Of a stretch of DNA of 64,000 bases, positions 31,501 through 40,030 are shown one piece after another (the first letter of the stretch is position 1; each line of letters starts with the position of its first letter). The notes below the pieces were generated by a model. That model was not told where the DNA came from. It worked only from the letters and a program-made list of their open reading frames with translations, and did not search any database. The position numbers and the translations under genes were made by a program. Source of the stretch: Candidatus Poribacteria bacterium (GTDB lineage: Bacteria > Poribacteria > WGA-4E > PCPOR2b); contig OZ240245.1 of NCBI GenBank assembly GCA_965198175.1, positions 4,096,001 through 4,160,000 of the forward strand, read 5' to 3'.

Positions 31501-32956
31501 TTCATTGGCAGAAGCGAGCGGCGGCGGGGTGACAGAGGCGGAGATTGCTACCCATGGGGCAACCGCGGGAAAATCGGTCGGAGATGATGTGTGGACATCC
31601 CGCAGACTCCCGCCTACGGGGGATGGGAATGTTGAGCAGATGCTTGGAGGCCGCATAGATGGCGCCATCGTCTATGGCACTGTGTCCCTTTACTCACCCC
31701 GGCAACAAGAAACGACGATGTATGTTGGCAGCCATAACAGTTTTAAGGTGTTACTCAACGGAGATCTGATTTACCAGTCCCTTGGTTACCATGCTTCGTT
31801 TGATTACACGGATTTTCTCCCGGTCACGCTTCGGCAGGGCAGAAATGTCTTGTTAGTGGCGATTGAAGCCAACTATAACTCCTTTTTTGGGTTTGAACCC
31901 GGCACCGAATACACGGTGGCAACCGGTATAGACTACGCCTTTTCCGAGACGCCAATCTACCTCGGCGATACTTTTACCTTCGATGTCCGCGCAGAAAATG
32001 TTTCCGACTTGGCAGGTTGGCAGTTTGATATCGCCTTCGACCCTGCTCGACTTGAAGCTGTTGACGTGATCGAAGGCGATTTCCTGAAGACCGATGGCGG
32101 CACGACATTCTTTCAGGATGGGCGCATTGATAACACAGCGGGTAAAATTACAGGGCTTAATGCGGCACTATTTTCAGAACGCGGTGTGGACGGCAGCGGC
32201 GCCATCCTTCGGGTGACGTTCAAGACGAAATCTAATGGCGAAACAGCCTTGACATTGCAAAATTTCAAATTCGGGTCTAGCACCGGGGAAATTATCCCCG
32301 CGGGACCTCATGAAGTTTACATCACTGTGGAGGAACGGCTGTTGAGCGGGGATGTAAATCGTGACGGTGATGTCGATATTCTAGATCTGATTCTCGTTGC
32401 ACGGCAGTTCGGCCAGAGCGTATCCCCCAACTCGGATGTCGATGTTAATGGCGATGGGGAGGTCGACATTTTCGATCTCACGATCGTGGCACGGAGGATT
32501 GGCGATACCACGAACGCCGCCGCGCCCGCGATTGGTACAGATAGCGTAGATGCCGCGACGATAGAGACGTGGATCGCGCAGGCACGGCTTGCAGATGATG
32601 GTTCAATTGTGTTTCGACAAGGCATAAAAAATCTTGAAGCGCTGCTAGCTGCGCTAATCCCCCGAGAAACCTCGTTGCAACCCAATTACCCGAATCCGTT
32701 TAATCCTGAAACCTGGATACCGTATCAGTTGGCAACGCCCGCCGAGGTAACACTAACGATTTATGATATGAACGGTGAAGTGGTTCGGCGTTTGGATGTA
32801 GGGCATCAAGCGGCGGGACTGTATCAGAGCCGCAGCCGTGCGGTGTATTGGGATGGTCGCAATCAGCGTGGAGAGTCTGTGGCAAGTGGTCTCTATTTCT
32901 ACACGTTGAGGGCAAACGACTTCACCGCGACGCGCAAGATGTTGATAAGAAAATAG
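28580..32956 (+). CDS. Secreted dihaem cytochrome c / 15 LRR / cohesin / dockerin / FlgD-like protein
   Basis: SD TAAGGAG; signal peptide; CLNCH and CFGCH; 22-aa internalin-type LRRs; LAGWQFDIAFDP; GDVNRDGDVDILDL; PNYPNPFNPETWIPY. Confidence 0.9.
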   Translation: MLEPSFHIRLIGARSHGIAFIALLWTLLVGSQHVYAQSQLAQDAYSIFEQNCLNCHGPEGAYREILLMDYVELIEGGTVVPGNPNASDLYKRLLGPTEDGGLQMPFGTDPLPTQSIDAIRRWILAGAPDWAAAPITDRPFISPDEILDAIEFHLMSLAPFDRAYARYLTLTHLYNAGERVELLQEYRKALSKLINSLSWGVEVTNPQPIDAQQTIFYIDLRHYEWDVNESWAKIEDVYPYHTSFGTPAQTALREQLDRLQTEMNCVIPSVHIDWFLAAASSPPLYHDLLSLPLTDSELETLLEVNVERNLVNAPGVRVWRAGFNNSGVSNNNRVVERHTSRYGAYWKSYDFATSTGTKNIFTHPLNFTRDGGEMIFNLPNGLQAYLIVDAFGVRLDEAPINIVSNPAASDPTVRNGISCFGCHTEGMNSFEDQVRSAIESHTNPPYDKEQALRLYVEKADMDARVEEDTTRYRVALEATGGQFGEVEPISRFHEVFQGPVDAAYAAAVVGLATETFLQKVRENMALQNLGLLALDAVNGSVKRDAWTSSFRDVMYVIEGGEPSVVTPPDELPGAHVSIPDSNLRAAIAETLGKSANAPITVEEMGKLRILDLRHNSVQDLTGLQHATKLTRLSIPHNQVSDLSPVKGLTNLTHLDVGDNQVSDLSQVAGLIDLEFLSIWGNNISDLSPITGLIELRELWARHNQASDLSPVKGLTNLTHLEVGDNQVSDISPVRNLKNLTALHIYRNQVSDISAVRDLTNLTHLDVGDNQVSDISPVRNLKNLTALHIYRNQVSDILPFAGLTGLNRSDLGQNDIQDISSLAGLINLTWLNVGDNDISNPTPLAGLTNLTWLSVYNNQISDISTLAGLTGLNHLDIGSNQISDVSPLAGLTNLKWLGVHINQISDVSPLAGLTNLKWLGVYNNEITDLSPLAGLRENTTVLSHGNPGFPTDAPKIEGPWLWVVVPDTRLLSGTDSLAEASGGGVTEAEIATHGATAGKSVGDDVWTSRRLPPTGDGNVEQMLGGRIDGAIVYGTVSLYSPRQQETTMYVGSHNSFKVLLNGDLIYQSLGYHASFDYTDFLPVTLRQGRNVLLVAIEANYNSFFGFEPGTEYTVATGIDYAFSETPIYLGDTFTFDVRAENVSDLAGWQFDIAFDPARLEAVDVIEGDFLKTDGGTTFFQDGRIDNTAGKITGLNAALFSERGVDGSGAILRVTFKTKSNGETALTLQNFKFGSSTGEIIPAGPHEVYITVEERLLSGDVNRDGDVDILDLILVARQFGQSVSPNSDVDVNGDGEVDIFDLTIVARRIGDTTNAAAPAIGTDSVDAATIETWIAQARLADDGSIVFRQGIKNLEALLAALIPRETSLQPNYPNPFNPETWIPYQLATPAEVTLTIYDMNGEVVRRLDVGHQAAGLYQSRSRAVYWDGRNQRGESVASGLYFYTLRANDFTATRKMLIRK

Positions 32957-33028
32957 TATCAAATGACCAGATGTTGGCTGTCATACCGATAACCTTGGGC
33001 GTAATAAATGCTAATGTCATATTTCATA

Positions 33029-33089
33029 TTGACAGTGTGTAGTAATTCAGTTAATATTGGACTTTCAGAGGCGTGAATACCCTTTGAAA
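33029..33089 (+). promoter_or_regulatory. Promoter and leader hairpin, copy 2
   Basis: TTGACA-N17-TAATAT; hairpin TTTCAGAGG-N9-CCTTTGAAA. Confidence 0.6.
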
Positions 33090-33141
33090 AGATGTCGTTA
33101 TTCTGGACGCTAAATTGGTTGTTGATTCGGAGATTTTCTAA

Positions 33142-36100
33142 ATGCTTAAGCGCCATTTCGTTTGTACTTTGATTGTGGTTCGGCACCGCATCACGGTTTT
33201 CGCGCTGTTGCTCCTTATTGTGGGGACTCAACATGTATCCGCCCAGTCACAATTAGCTCAAGATGCTTATACCATCTTTGAACAAAACTGTCTTAACTGC
33301 CACGGTCCCGAAGGCGCCTATCGAGACGTACTCCTGATGGAACACGACTTGCTAATCGAAGGGGGTACGGTTATACCGGGCAGCCCCGATGCCTCCGATT
33401 TGTACAAGCGCCTGCTTGGTCCCACTGAGGATGGTGGGTTACAGATGCCACTTGGAACGGAACCTCTGCCCGATCAATCCATTGACATCATTCGACGCTG
33501 GATTTTAGCCGGCGCGCCCGATTGGGCAGCAACGCCCATAATTGATAGTCCCTTCATTTCCCCCGTTGAAATACTTGATACCATTGAATCCCACCTCATG
33601 TCGCTCGCACCCTTTGACCGTGCCTTCGCCCGCTACTTGACACTTACCCATCTCTACAACGCGGGTGAGAGGGTGGAGATACTTCGTGAGTACCGCAAAG
33701 CACTCTCCAAACTAATCAATAGCCTCTCATGGAGGCTTGAAGTCACCAACCCACAACCCATCGACCCGCAACAGACAATATTCTACATCGATCTGCGGCA
33801 CTACGAGTGGGACGTCAATGATGGCTGGACGAAAATAGAAGATGTGTATCCCTATCATATCTCGTTTGACGCACCCGCACAGACCGCGCTGCGGGAACAA
33901 CTGGATCGGTTACAGACGGAGATGAACTGTGTCATACCTTCGGTTCATATTGACTGGTTTCTTGCAACCGCATCTAGCCCGCCACTCTACCACGACCTGC
34001 TTTCTCTGCCGTTGACGGACAGTGAGTTGGAAACCCGATTGGAGGTCAATGTCGACCGAAACCTTACCAATGCACCAGGGGATCGGGTCTGGCGGGCGGG
34101 GTTCAACAATTCGGGTGTCTCTAACAACAACCGAGTGGTAGAACGCCATGCCTCTCGATACGGGGCGTATTGGAAAAGCTATGACTTTGCCGGAAGTATC
34201 GGAACACAGAACATCTTTACACACCCGCTCGATTTCACGCAAGATGGCGGGGAGATTATCTTCAACCTACCAAATGGTTTGCAAGGATACTTAATTGTCG
34301 ATGCTTCCGGTTTCCGGTTGAATGAAGCCCCGATAAACATTGTTTCCAACCCCGCTGCGAGCGACCCGACAGTGCGCAACGGACTTTCCTGTTTTGGTTG
34401 CCACATCGAGGGCATGAATAAATTCGAAGACCAAGTGCGTTCAGCGATTGAGAGTCACGCCAACCCGCCTTACGACAAAGCGCAAGCACTACGACTCTAC
34501 GTTCAAAAGTCAGACTTGGATGCGCGTGTAGAAGAAGATATAAACCGCTACCGTAACGCGCTTGAAGCTACGGGTGGTCAGTTTGGCGGGGTTGAGCCGA
34601 TATCACGTTTCCACGAGGTGTTTCAGGGACCTGTGGACGCGGCATATGCCGCTGCCGTGGTTGGATTGGGGACCGAGACCTTTCTTCAAAATGTTCGTGA
34701 GAAATTAGGGTTACAAAATTTGGGTTTGTTAGCCCTAGATGGTGAGAACGGGAGCATGAAACGGGACGCCTGGACATCTAGTTTTCAAGATGTGCTGAAC
34801 GCGTTGGAGGGTGGAGAGCCTTCCGACGTGACGCCGCCCGATGAGTTGCCGGGTGCATATGTCAATATCCCGGATACGAATCTGCGTGCCGCCATTGCGG
34901 AGACGCTTGGGAAAAGCGCTGATGCACCGATTACCGTGGAGGAGATGAAGGAGTTGACAATCCTTTGGGTGGTGAACAAGGGTGTGCGTGATTTGACAGG
35001 GCTGCAGCATGCAACAAATTTAACTCAGCTCGGGCTCAATCTCAACAGAATATCGGATTTATCGCCACTCGTAGGCTTAACCGAGCTAAATTACCTGCAG
35101 CTTTCTGCCAACAAAATCTCGGACATATCCGGGCTTACAGGATTAACCAAATTAGCATTCTTACAGGTCCATCTGAACGGAATATCGGATGTATCGCCAC
35201 TCGCAGGCTTAACCGGCTTAAACAACCTGAATCTTGGATTCAATGCCATATCGGATGTATCGTCGCTCGCAGGGCTAACCAATTTGGAGTGGTTAGGGGT
35301 CTATAACAATCAAATCTCGGATATATCGCCCCTTGCAGGGCTAACCAACTTAAAGTGGTTAGGGGTCCATAACAACGAAATCACTGACCTTTCGCCGCTA
35401 GCGGGGTTACGCGAAAAAATAACATTCATTTGGCATGGTAATCCCGCGTTCCCCACCGAGGCTCCGAAAATAAAGGGACCATGGTTATGGGTCACAATAC
35501 CGGATACATCGCTGCATAACAATGCGGATTTATTGGCAGAAGCGAGTGGGGACAGAGTAACAGAGGTCGAGATTGCCACCCATGGGGCAACCGCGGGAAA
35601 ATCTGTCGGGGATGATGTGTGGACATCCCGCGGGCTCCCGGCTGCGGGGTGGAAAAACGTTGAGCAAATGCTTGGAGGCCGCATTGATGGCGCCATCGTC
35701 TATGGTACTGTGTCCCTTTATTCACCGCGGCAACAAGATACGACGCTGTATGTTGGCAGCCGCAGCAGTTTTAAGGTGTGGCTGAACGGAGATCTGATTT
35801 ACGAGTCCTTCAGTTACAATTCGTCGGCTGATTACACGGATTTTCTACCGGTCACACTTCGGCAGGGCAAAAATATCTTGCTAGTGGCGATTGAGGCCAG
35901 TTATAACTCCTTTTTTGGGTTTGAACCCGGCACCGAATACACGGTGGCGACCGGTATAAGCTACGCCTTTTCCGATGTGCCAATTTACCTCGGTACTACC
36001 TTTACCTTCGATGTCCGCGCAGAAAATGTCTCCGACTTGGCGGGTTGGCAGTTTGATATCGCCTACGACCCTGCCTTGCTTGAAGCTGTTGACGTGAGCG

Positions 36101-36984
36101 AAGGCGATTTCCTGAAGACCGATGGCGGCACGACATTCTTTCAGGATGGGCGCATTGATAACACAGCGGGTAAAATTACAGGGCTTAATGCGGCACTATT
36201 TTCAGAACGCGGCGTGGACGGCAGCGGCGCCATCCTTCAGGTGACTTTCAAGACGAAATCTAATGGCGAAACAGCCTTGACATTGCAAAATTTCAAATTC
36301 GGGTCTAGTACCGGCGAAATTATCCCTGCGGGACCTCTTGAAGTTTACATCACTGTGGAGGAACGACTACTGAGCGGCGATATAAATCGTGACGGCGATG
36401 TCGATATTCTGGATCTGATTCTCGTTGCACGGCAGTTCGGCCAGAGCGTATCCCCCGACTCGGATGTCGATCTTAATGGCGATGGTGTGGTCGACATTTT
36501 CGATCTCACGATCGTGGCACGGAGGATTGGCGATACCACGAACGCCGCCGCGCCCGCGATTGGAACAGATAGCGTAGACGCCGCGACGATAGAGGCGTGG
36601 ATCGCGCAGGCACGGCTTGCAGATGATGGTTCAATTGTCTTTCGACAAGGCATAAAAAATCTTGAAGCGCTGTTAGCCTCGCTAATCCCCCAAGAGACCT
36701 CGTTGCAACCCAACTACCCGAATCCGTTTAATCCTGAAACCTGGATACCGTATCAGTTGGCAACGCCCGCCGAGGTAACACTAACGATTTATGATATGAA
36801 CGGTGAAGTGGTTCGGCGTTTGGATGTAGGGCATCAAGCGGCGGGACTGTATCAGAGCCGCAGCCGTGCGGTGTATTGGGATGGTCGCAATCAGCGTGGC
36901 GAGTCTGTGGCAAGTGGTCTCTATTTCTACACGTTGAGGGCAAACGACTTCACCGCGACGCGCAAGATGTTGATAAGAAAATAG
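33142..36984 (+). CDS. Tandem paralogue: dihaem cytochrome c / 7 LRR / cohesin / dockerin / FlgD-like protein
   Basis: Same architecture and both CxxCH motifs; 8 fewer LRRs. Confidence 0.9.
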   Translation: MLKRHFVCTLIVVRHRITVFALLLLIVGTQHVSAQSQLAQDAYTIFEQNCLNCHGPEGAYRDVLLMEHDLLIEGGTVIPGSPDASDLYKRLLGPTEDGGLQMPLGTEPLPDQSIDIIRRWILAGAPDWAATPIIDSPFISPVEILDTIESHLMSLAPFDRAFARYLTLTHLYNAGERVEILREYRKALSKLINSLSWRLEVTNPQPIDPQQTIFYIDLRHYEWDVNDGWTKIEDVYPYHISFDAPAQTALREQLDRLQTEMNCVIPSVHIDWFLATASSPPLYHDLLSLPLTDSELETRLEVNVDRNLTNAPGDRVWRAGFNNSGVSNNNRVVERHASRYGAYWKSYDFAGSIGTQNIFTHPLDFTQDGGEIIFNLPNGLQGYLIVDASGFRLNEAPINIVSNPAASDPTVRNGLSCFGCHIEGMNKFEDQVRSAIESHANPPYDKAQALRLYVQKSDLDARVEEDINRYRNALEATGGQFGGVEPISRFHEVFQGPVDAAYAAAVVGLGTETFLQNVREKLGLQNLGLLALDGENGSMKRDAWTSSFQDVLNALEGGEPSDVTPPDELPGAYVNIPDTNLRAAIAETLGKSADAPITVEEMKELTILWVVNKGVRDLTGLQHATNLTQLGLNLNRISDLSPLVGLTELNYLQLSANKISDISGLTGLTKLAFLQVHLNGISDVSPLAGLTGLNNLNLGFNAISDVSSLAGLTNLEWLGVYNNQISDISPLAGLTNLKWLGVHNNEITDLSPLAGLREKITFIWHGNPAFPTEAPKIKGPWLWVTIPDTSLHNNADLLAEASGDRVTEVEIATHGATAGKSVGDDVWTSRGLPAAGWKNVEQMLGGRIDGAIVYGTVSLYSPRQQDTTLYVGSRSSFKVWLNGDLIYESFSYNSSADYTDFLPVTLRQGKNILLVAIEASYNSFFGFEPGTEYTVATGISYAFSDVPIYLGTTFTFDVRAENVSDLAGWQFDIAYDPALLEAVDVSEGDFLKTDGGTTFFQDGRIDNTAGKITGLNAALFSERGVDGSGAILQVTFKTKSNGETALTLQNFKFGSSTGEIIPAGPLEVYITVEERLLSGDINRDGDVDILDLILVARQFGQSVSPDSDVDLNGDGVVDIFDLTIVARRIGDTTNAAAPAIGTDSVDAATIEAWIAQARLADDGSIVFRQGIKNLEALLASLIPQETSLQPNYPNPFNPETWIPYQLATPAEVTLTIYDMNGEVVRRLDVGHQAAGLYQSRSRAVYWDGRNQRGESVASGLYFYTLRANDFTATRKMLIRK

Positions 36985-37043
36985 TATCATGTGACCAGAT
37001 GATTGCTGTAATACCAGGAACATTATAAATAAGGAACCCCGAT

Positions 37044-37442
37044 ATGAGCTCCATAAAGGCACTATCGTTTCTGTTTATGCTCTCTGCATGCTTCTTATTT
37101 TGGATTTGGGTATCCGTTTCGAGTAGTCGTGCTTTCCGACTAGAAAAGCTGCCGGACAGAGGAAAAAACTGGAATTGCGCGACATGTCACATCAATCCCG
37201 AGGGCGGCGGCGCACGAAACGCCTTTGGCAAGGACTATGACGCAATTGCTATCCCAGCGGGCGACAGATATACAAAGGAGCTCGGTGGGGCGGACTCGGA
37301 CCGAGACGGCTTCACGAATGATGAGGAGTTCAATGCCAACCCACCAACAAAACCGTGGGATGCCGAATCGCATCCGCCGCCAAGGGCGGTTGAACCTCGT
37401 TTTAAGAAGTTTATGGTGTGGGGAAAACTCAAGAAACGGTGA
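37044..37442 (+). CDS. Small secreted monohaem cytochrome c-like protein
   Basis: Signal peptide, CATCH, DSDRDGFTNDEE Ca-binding-like loop, tail AVEPRFKKFMVWGKLKKR. Confidence 0.75.
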   Translation: MSSIKALSFLFMLSACFLFWIWVSVSSSRAFRLEKLPDRGKNWNCATCHINPEGGGARNAFGKDYDAIAIPAGDRYTKELGGADSDRDGFTNDEEFNANPPTKPWDAESHPPPRAVEPRFKKFMVWGKLKKR

Positions 37443-37669
37443 AAATGGCAGGGCTTACGCACTTCCGCTTGCCATACGCAATTGATTGGTTCTCCCCTTA
37501 TGAAGGGCGTGTGACGTGTAGCTTCAATGCCCGTTCGGATGGGATTACTTGAGGCATCAGCCGTAATGGAGAGCTGTGTTACGGTGCCATCCGACAAATC
37601 CTACAGTACCTTGAGAGTTTAACCGCGAGTGTGCTAACGGATAGCGCTTTTTTCTACAACCCCGATACT

Positions 37670-38248
37670 TCAGTGGGTTTGCGCTCTACGTCTTTGTGCC
37701 TTGCGGGAACGAAGAAGTATTCCATCCAGATGTAAGTGCGTTGCGTACCCAATTACGCTTGCGACATAGAAGGGCAATCCATTTTTGACCAGATCCAGAT
37801 TTCGCGACGATAAAGCATTCCTCCAATCGAACACCTCACTCTCGAAGTAAAATGGTAGAATCAGAAAAATCGCAGGCAACAGGAGCATAGTCAGCCGGGA
37901 ATGCGTCCAACCCCGATGTTTCCCGATGAGCGGTAGCATCGCAAAGAGTCCGAGAAACGCCGATTCGATATAGTGTTCACGCCAAATCAATATCAGGTTA
38001 AACGCGAGAAAGATTCGATAAAAGATGGATTGGCTCTTGCTCCTGATATCTACGTCGGGCCACAATCCTGACAGCACAGCAATCGTGAAACAGCCCCCAA
38101 TCTTCCACGGATCCAAGGAAATGGTTGGATTCCAATTGATTGGGTATTGAAGCGAGAGAGAACCTACCACCGATGCGCTGACTGAGACAATGAAGAAAGC
38201 GCTGTAGGCGACCAGTCCGCCGATGTAATGTTCACGGAAGACACTCAT
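37670..38248 (-). CDS. Membrane-bound metal-dependent hydrolase (YdjM-like)
   Basis: FREH, LWPDVD, HRGWTHS, HLHLD motifs; start at MSVFREH. Confidence 0.85.
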   Translation of the reverse strand: MSVFREHYIGGLVAYSAFFIVSVSASVVGSLSLQYPINWNPTISLDPWKIGGCFTIAVLSGLWPDVDIRSKSQSIFYRIFLAFNLILIWREHYIESAFLGLFAMLPLIGKHRGWTHSRLTMLLLPAIFLILPFYFESEVFDWRNALSSRNLDLVKNGLPFYVASVIGYATHLHLDGILLRSRKAQRRRAQTH

Positions 38249-38265
38249 AATTGGAAGCCTTAATA

Positions 38266-38610
38266 TTACAACGATGAATAAATCTGATTGGTCTTTGCCG
38301 CCATGATGAAATCGTTGCGATGTAACCCTCTGATTTTGTGTGTCCACCAAGTCACTGTGACTTTGCCCCACTCCGTCAGGATTGCCGGGTGATGTCCTTC
38401 AGATTCCGCCAGTTCACCGATATTGTCGGTAAACGCCAGTGCTTCGGCGAAATTCGAGAAGCGAAACATGTGCTCCAACCGCTTGATGCCCTCTCGCTCG
38501 ATGAGGTGCCATTGGGGAATCTGCGGGTTAAGTTCGGTAATTTCCTCTGCCGTGACCCGCGGTGCGTCACGGCGGCAGGCGACACATTTTTCTTTTGATA
38601 AGTTCGTCAT
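38266..38610 (-). CDS. phhB: Pterin-4-alpha-carbinolamine dehydratase
   Basis: [34 protein letters not shown]. Confidence 0.93.
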   Translation of the reverse strand: MTNLSKEKCVACRRDAPRVTAEEITELNPQIPQWHLIEREGIKRLEHMFRFSNFAEALAFTDNIGELAESEGHHPAILTEWGKVTVTWWTHKIRGLHRNDFIMAAKTNQIYSSL

Positions 38611-38881
38611 CGTGATTTGCCTCCATCCAAATCCGAACTGCAGGATTCAATTTCGTGTCTTCGGTTGTGCTCGAATCTCGCAATAAAAGACGTTTTGTTC
38701 ATATTGTTCAATAAGGAATTTTAACACAAAATTTCGGCGGATTCAACAGAAACGCACCTTTCTGCACTCAGGGGAATTTCGACATTTTTCCGGTCACCGA
38801 TTGTTTTCGAAACCGTTTGTTGGGTTTGAACGTTATACATTAACGCCCCCAAGCAATGAACGGAAGGAGTTGACGATCGCT

Positions 38882-39157
38882 ATGCCAGGAATCGAACCCC
38901 ACAACACAACGGTTAACCCATTGGTGGGACTTTCTTCAGCAGCGCTCTACCTGTACAGCGCACTCGGCGTTTTTCGGAATAAAGACCTTCCTCCCAAAGC
39001 GGAGGAATGGTTTCGCGCCCCCCGGTTGCATCACCGTCTACGACGGTTTGCCAGCCTATCCAAGGAAGAAATCGACCAAGGGTTAGAGGAACTCATGAAA
39101 GCCGAACTATTACAGATGCGCTCTGAAGGTAAGCGATGGTGGTATCGGTTAAACTGA
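38882..39157 (+). CDS. Small hypothetical protein, winged-helix-like C-terminus
   Basis: SD AAGGAG; LSKEEIDQGLEELMKAELL...RWWYRL. Confidence 0.55.
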   Translation: MPGIEPHNTTVNPLVGLSSAALYLYSALGVFRNKDLPPKAEEWFRAPRLHHRLRRFASLSKEEIDQGLEELMKAELLQMRSEGKRWWYRLN

Positions 39158-39181
39158 AGTTTAGGAACTTGACCGTGTAGA

Positions 39182-39787
39182 ATGATTGAGAAATCAGACT
39201 TACTCGAACATTTTCCCAAGATTGTGCTCGCTTCGGCGTCTCCACGGCGCGCGAACTTACTGAAACAGATTGGGCTTGAGTTCCAAATATGTCCAAGCTG
39301 GGTCGACGAATCGGCAATCATTGACACATCGCCCGATACAGCAGTGCAGAAGCTTGCTCTGACAAAGGCTAAAGCCGTTGCAGCAAATCAAAAAAATGGG
39401 CTTGTCATCGGTGCGGACACCGTTGTTGTCATCAATCAGCGGGGCATCGGCAAACCGGAGCACACAGAACACGCAATTGAGATTCTGACGCAACTGAGCG
39501 GAGTGTGCCATGAAGTGATGACTGGCGTCGCCCTTGTGGATCTCGAACGAAGACGTGAGACTGTGTGGCAGGAAAAAACCGTCGTTCAGTTTAGGAAATT
39601 ACATCGACGAGAGATACTAGCGTATGTCCGTAGTGGAGAAGCGTTGGATAAGGCAGGCGCTTACGGCGTTCAAGGGAGAGCGGCTGCCTTTGTCGAACGA
39701 ATCGAAGGCTGTTACTTCAATGTTGTCGGACTACCCTTGGCAAGTTTAGTTGAGCGGCTTTGGGATTTGGTGTTCCATGACGGGTAA
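39182..39787 (+). CDS. maf: Maf nucleotide pyrophosphatase
   Basis: LASASPRR, IGADTVV, DKAGAYG, NVVGLP. Confidence 0.96.
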   Translation: MIEKSDLLEHFPKIVLASASPRRANLLKQIGLEFQICPSWVDESAIIDTSPDTAVQKLALTKAKAVAANQKNGLVIGADTVVVINQRGIGKPEHTEHAIEILTQLSGVCHEVMTGVALVDLERRRETVWQEKTVVQFRKLHRREILAYVRSGEALDKAGAYGVQGRAAAFVERIEGCYFNVVGLPLASLVERLWDLVFHDG

Positions 39788-39967
39788 CCGTGCACGAAAC
39801 AAGCGTTGGGATTCGCAGCCGTTCATCACAAACCGCTTTTAATCTGTCCCTGTTATCCTTCCCCTTTTTCTTCCCATTCTCTGAATCCGCCCACGGGTTC
39901 TTGTCGTCAAATTTCACCGCATCGATTCCCCTACCCACGAGTTTCCGTGTTGTGCTTCCGCTTTTTC

Positions 39968-39996
39968 TTGCGCTTCAAGTAGAGATCAGTTATAAT
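39968..39996 (+). promoter_or_regulatory. Probable promoter of the rex-hem operon
   Basis: TTGCGC-N17-TATAAT upstream of rex. Confidence 0.55.
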
Positions 39997-40030
39997 GTAT
40001 CAATTTATCACCGTCTTGAAGTTCGATCGA

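Noticed and set aside
28580..36984. Diversity-generating retroelement acting on the LRR genes
   Set aside because: No reverse transcriptase in the window, and differences between copies are not adenine-specific
37449..37461. CAGGGCTTACGCA as an IS/MITE terminus
   Set aside because: No matching inverted end or transposase found nearby
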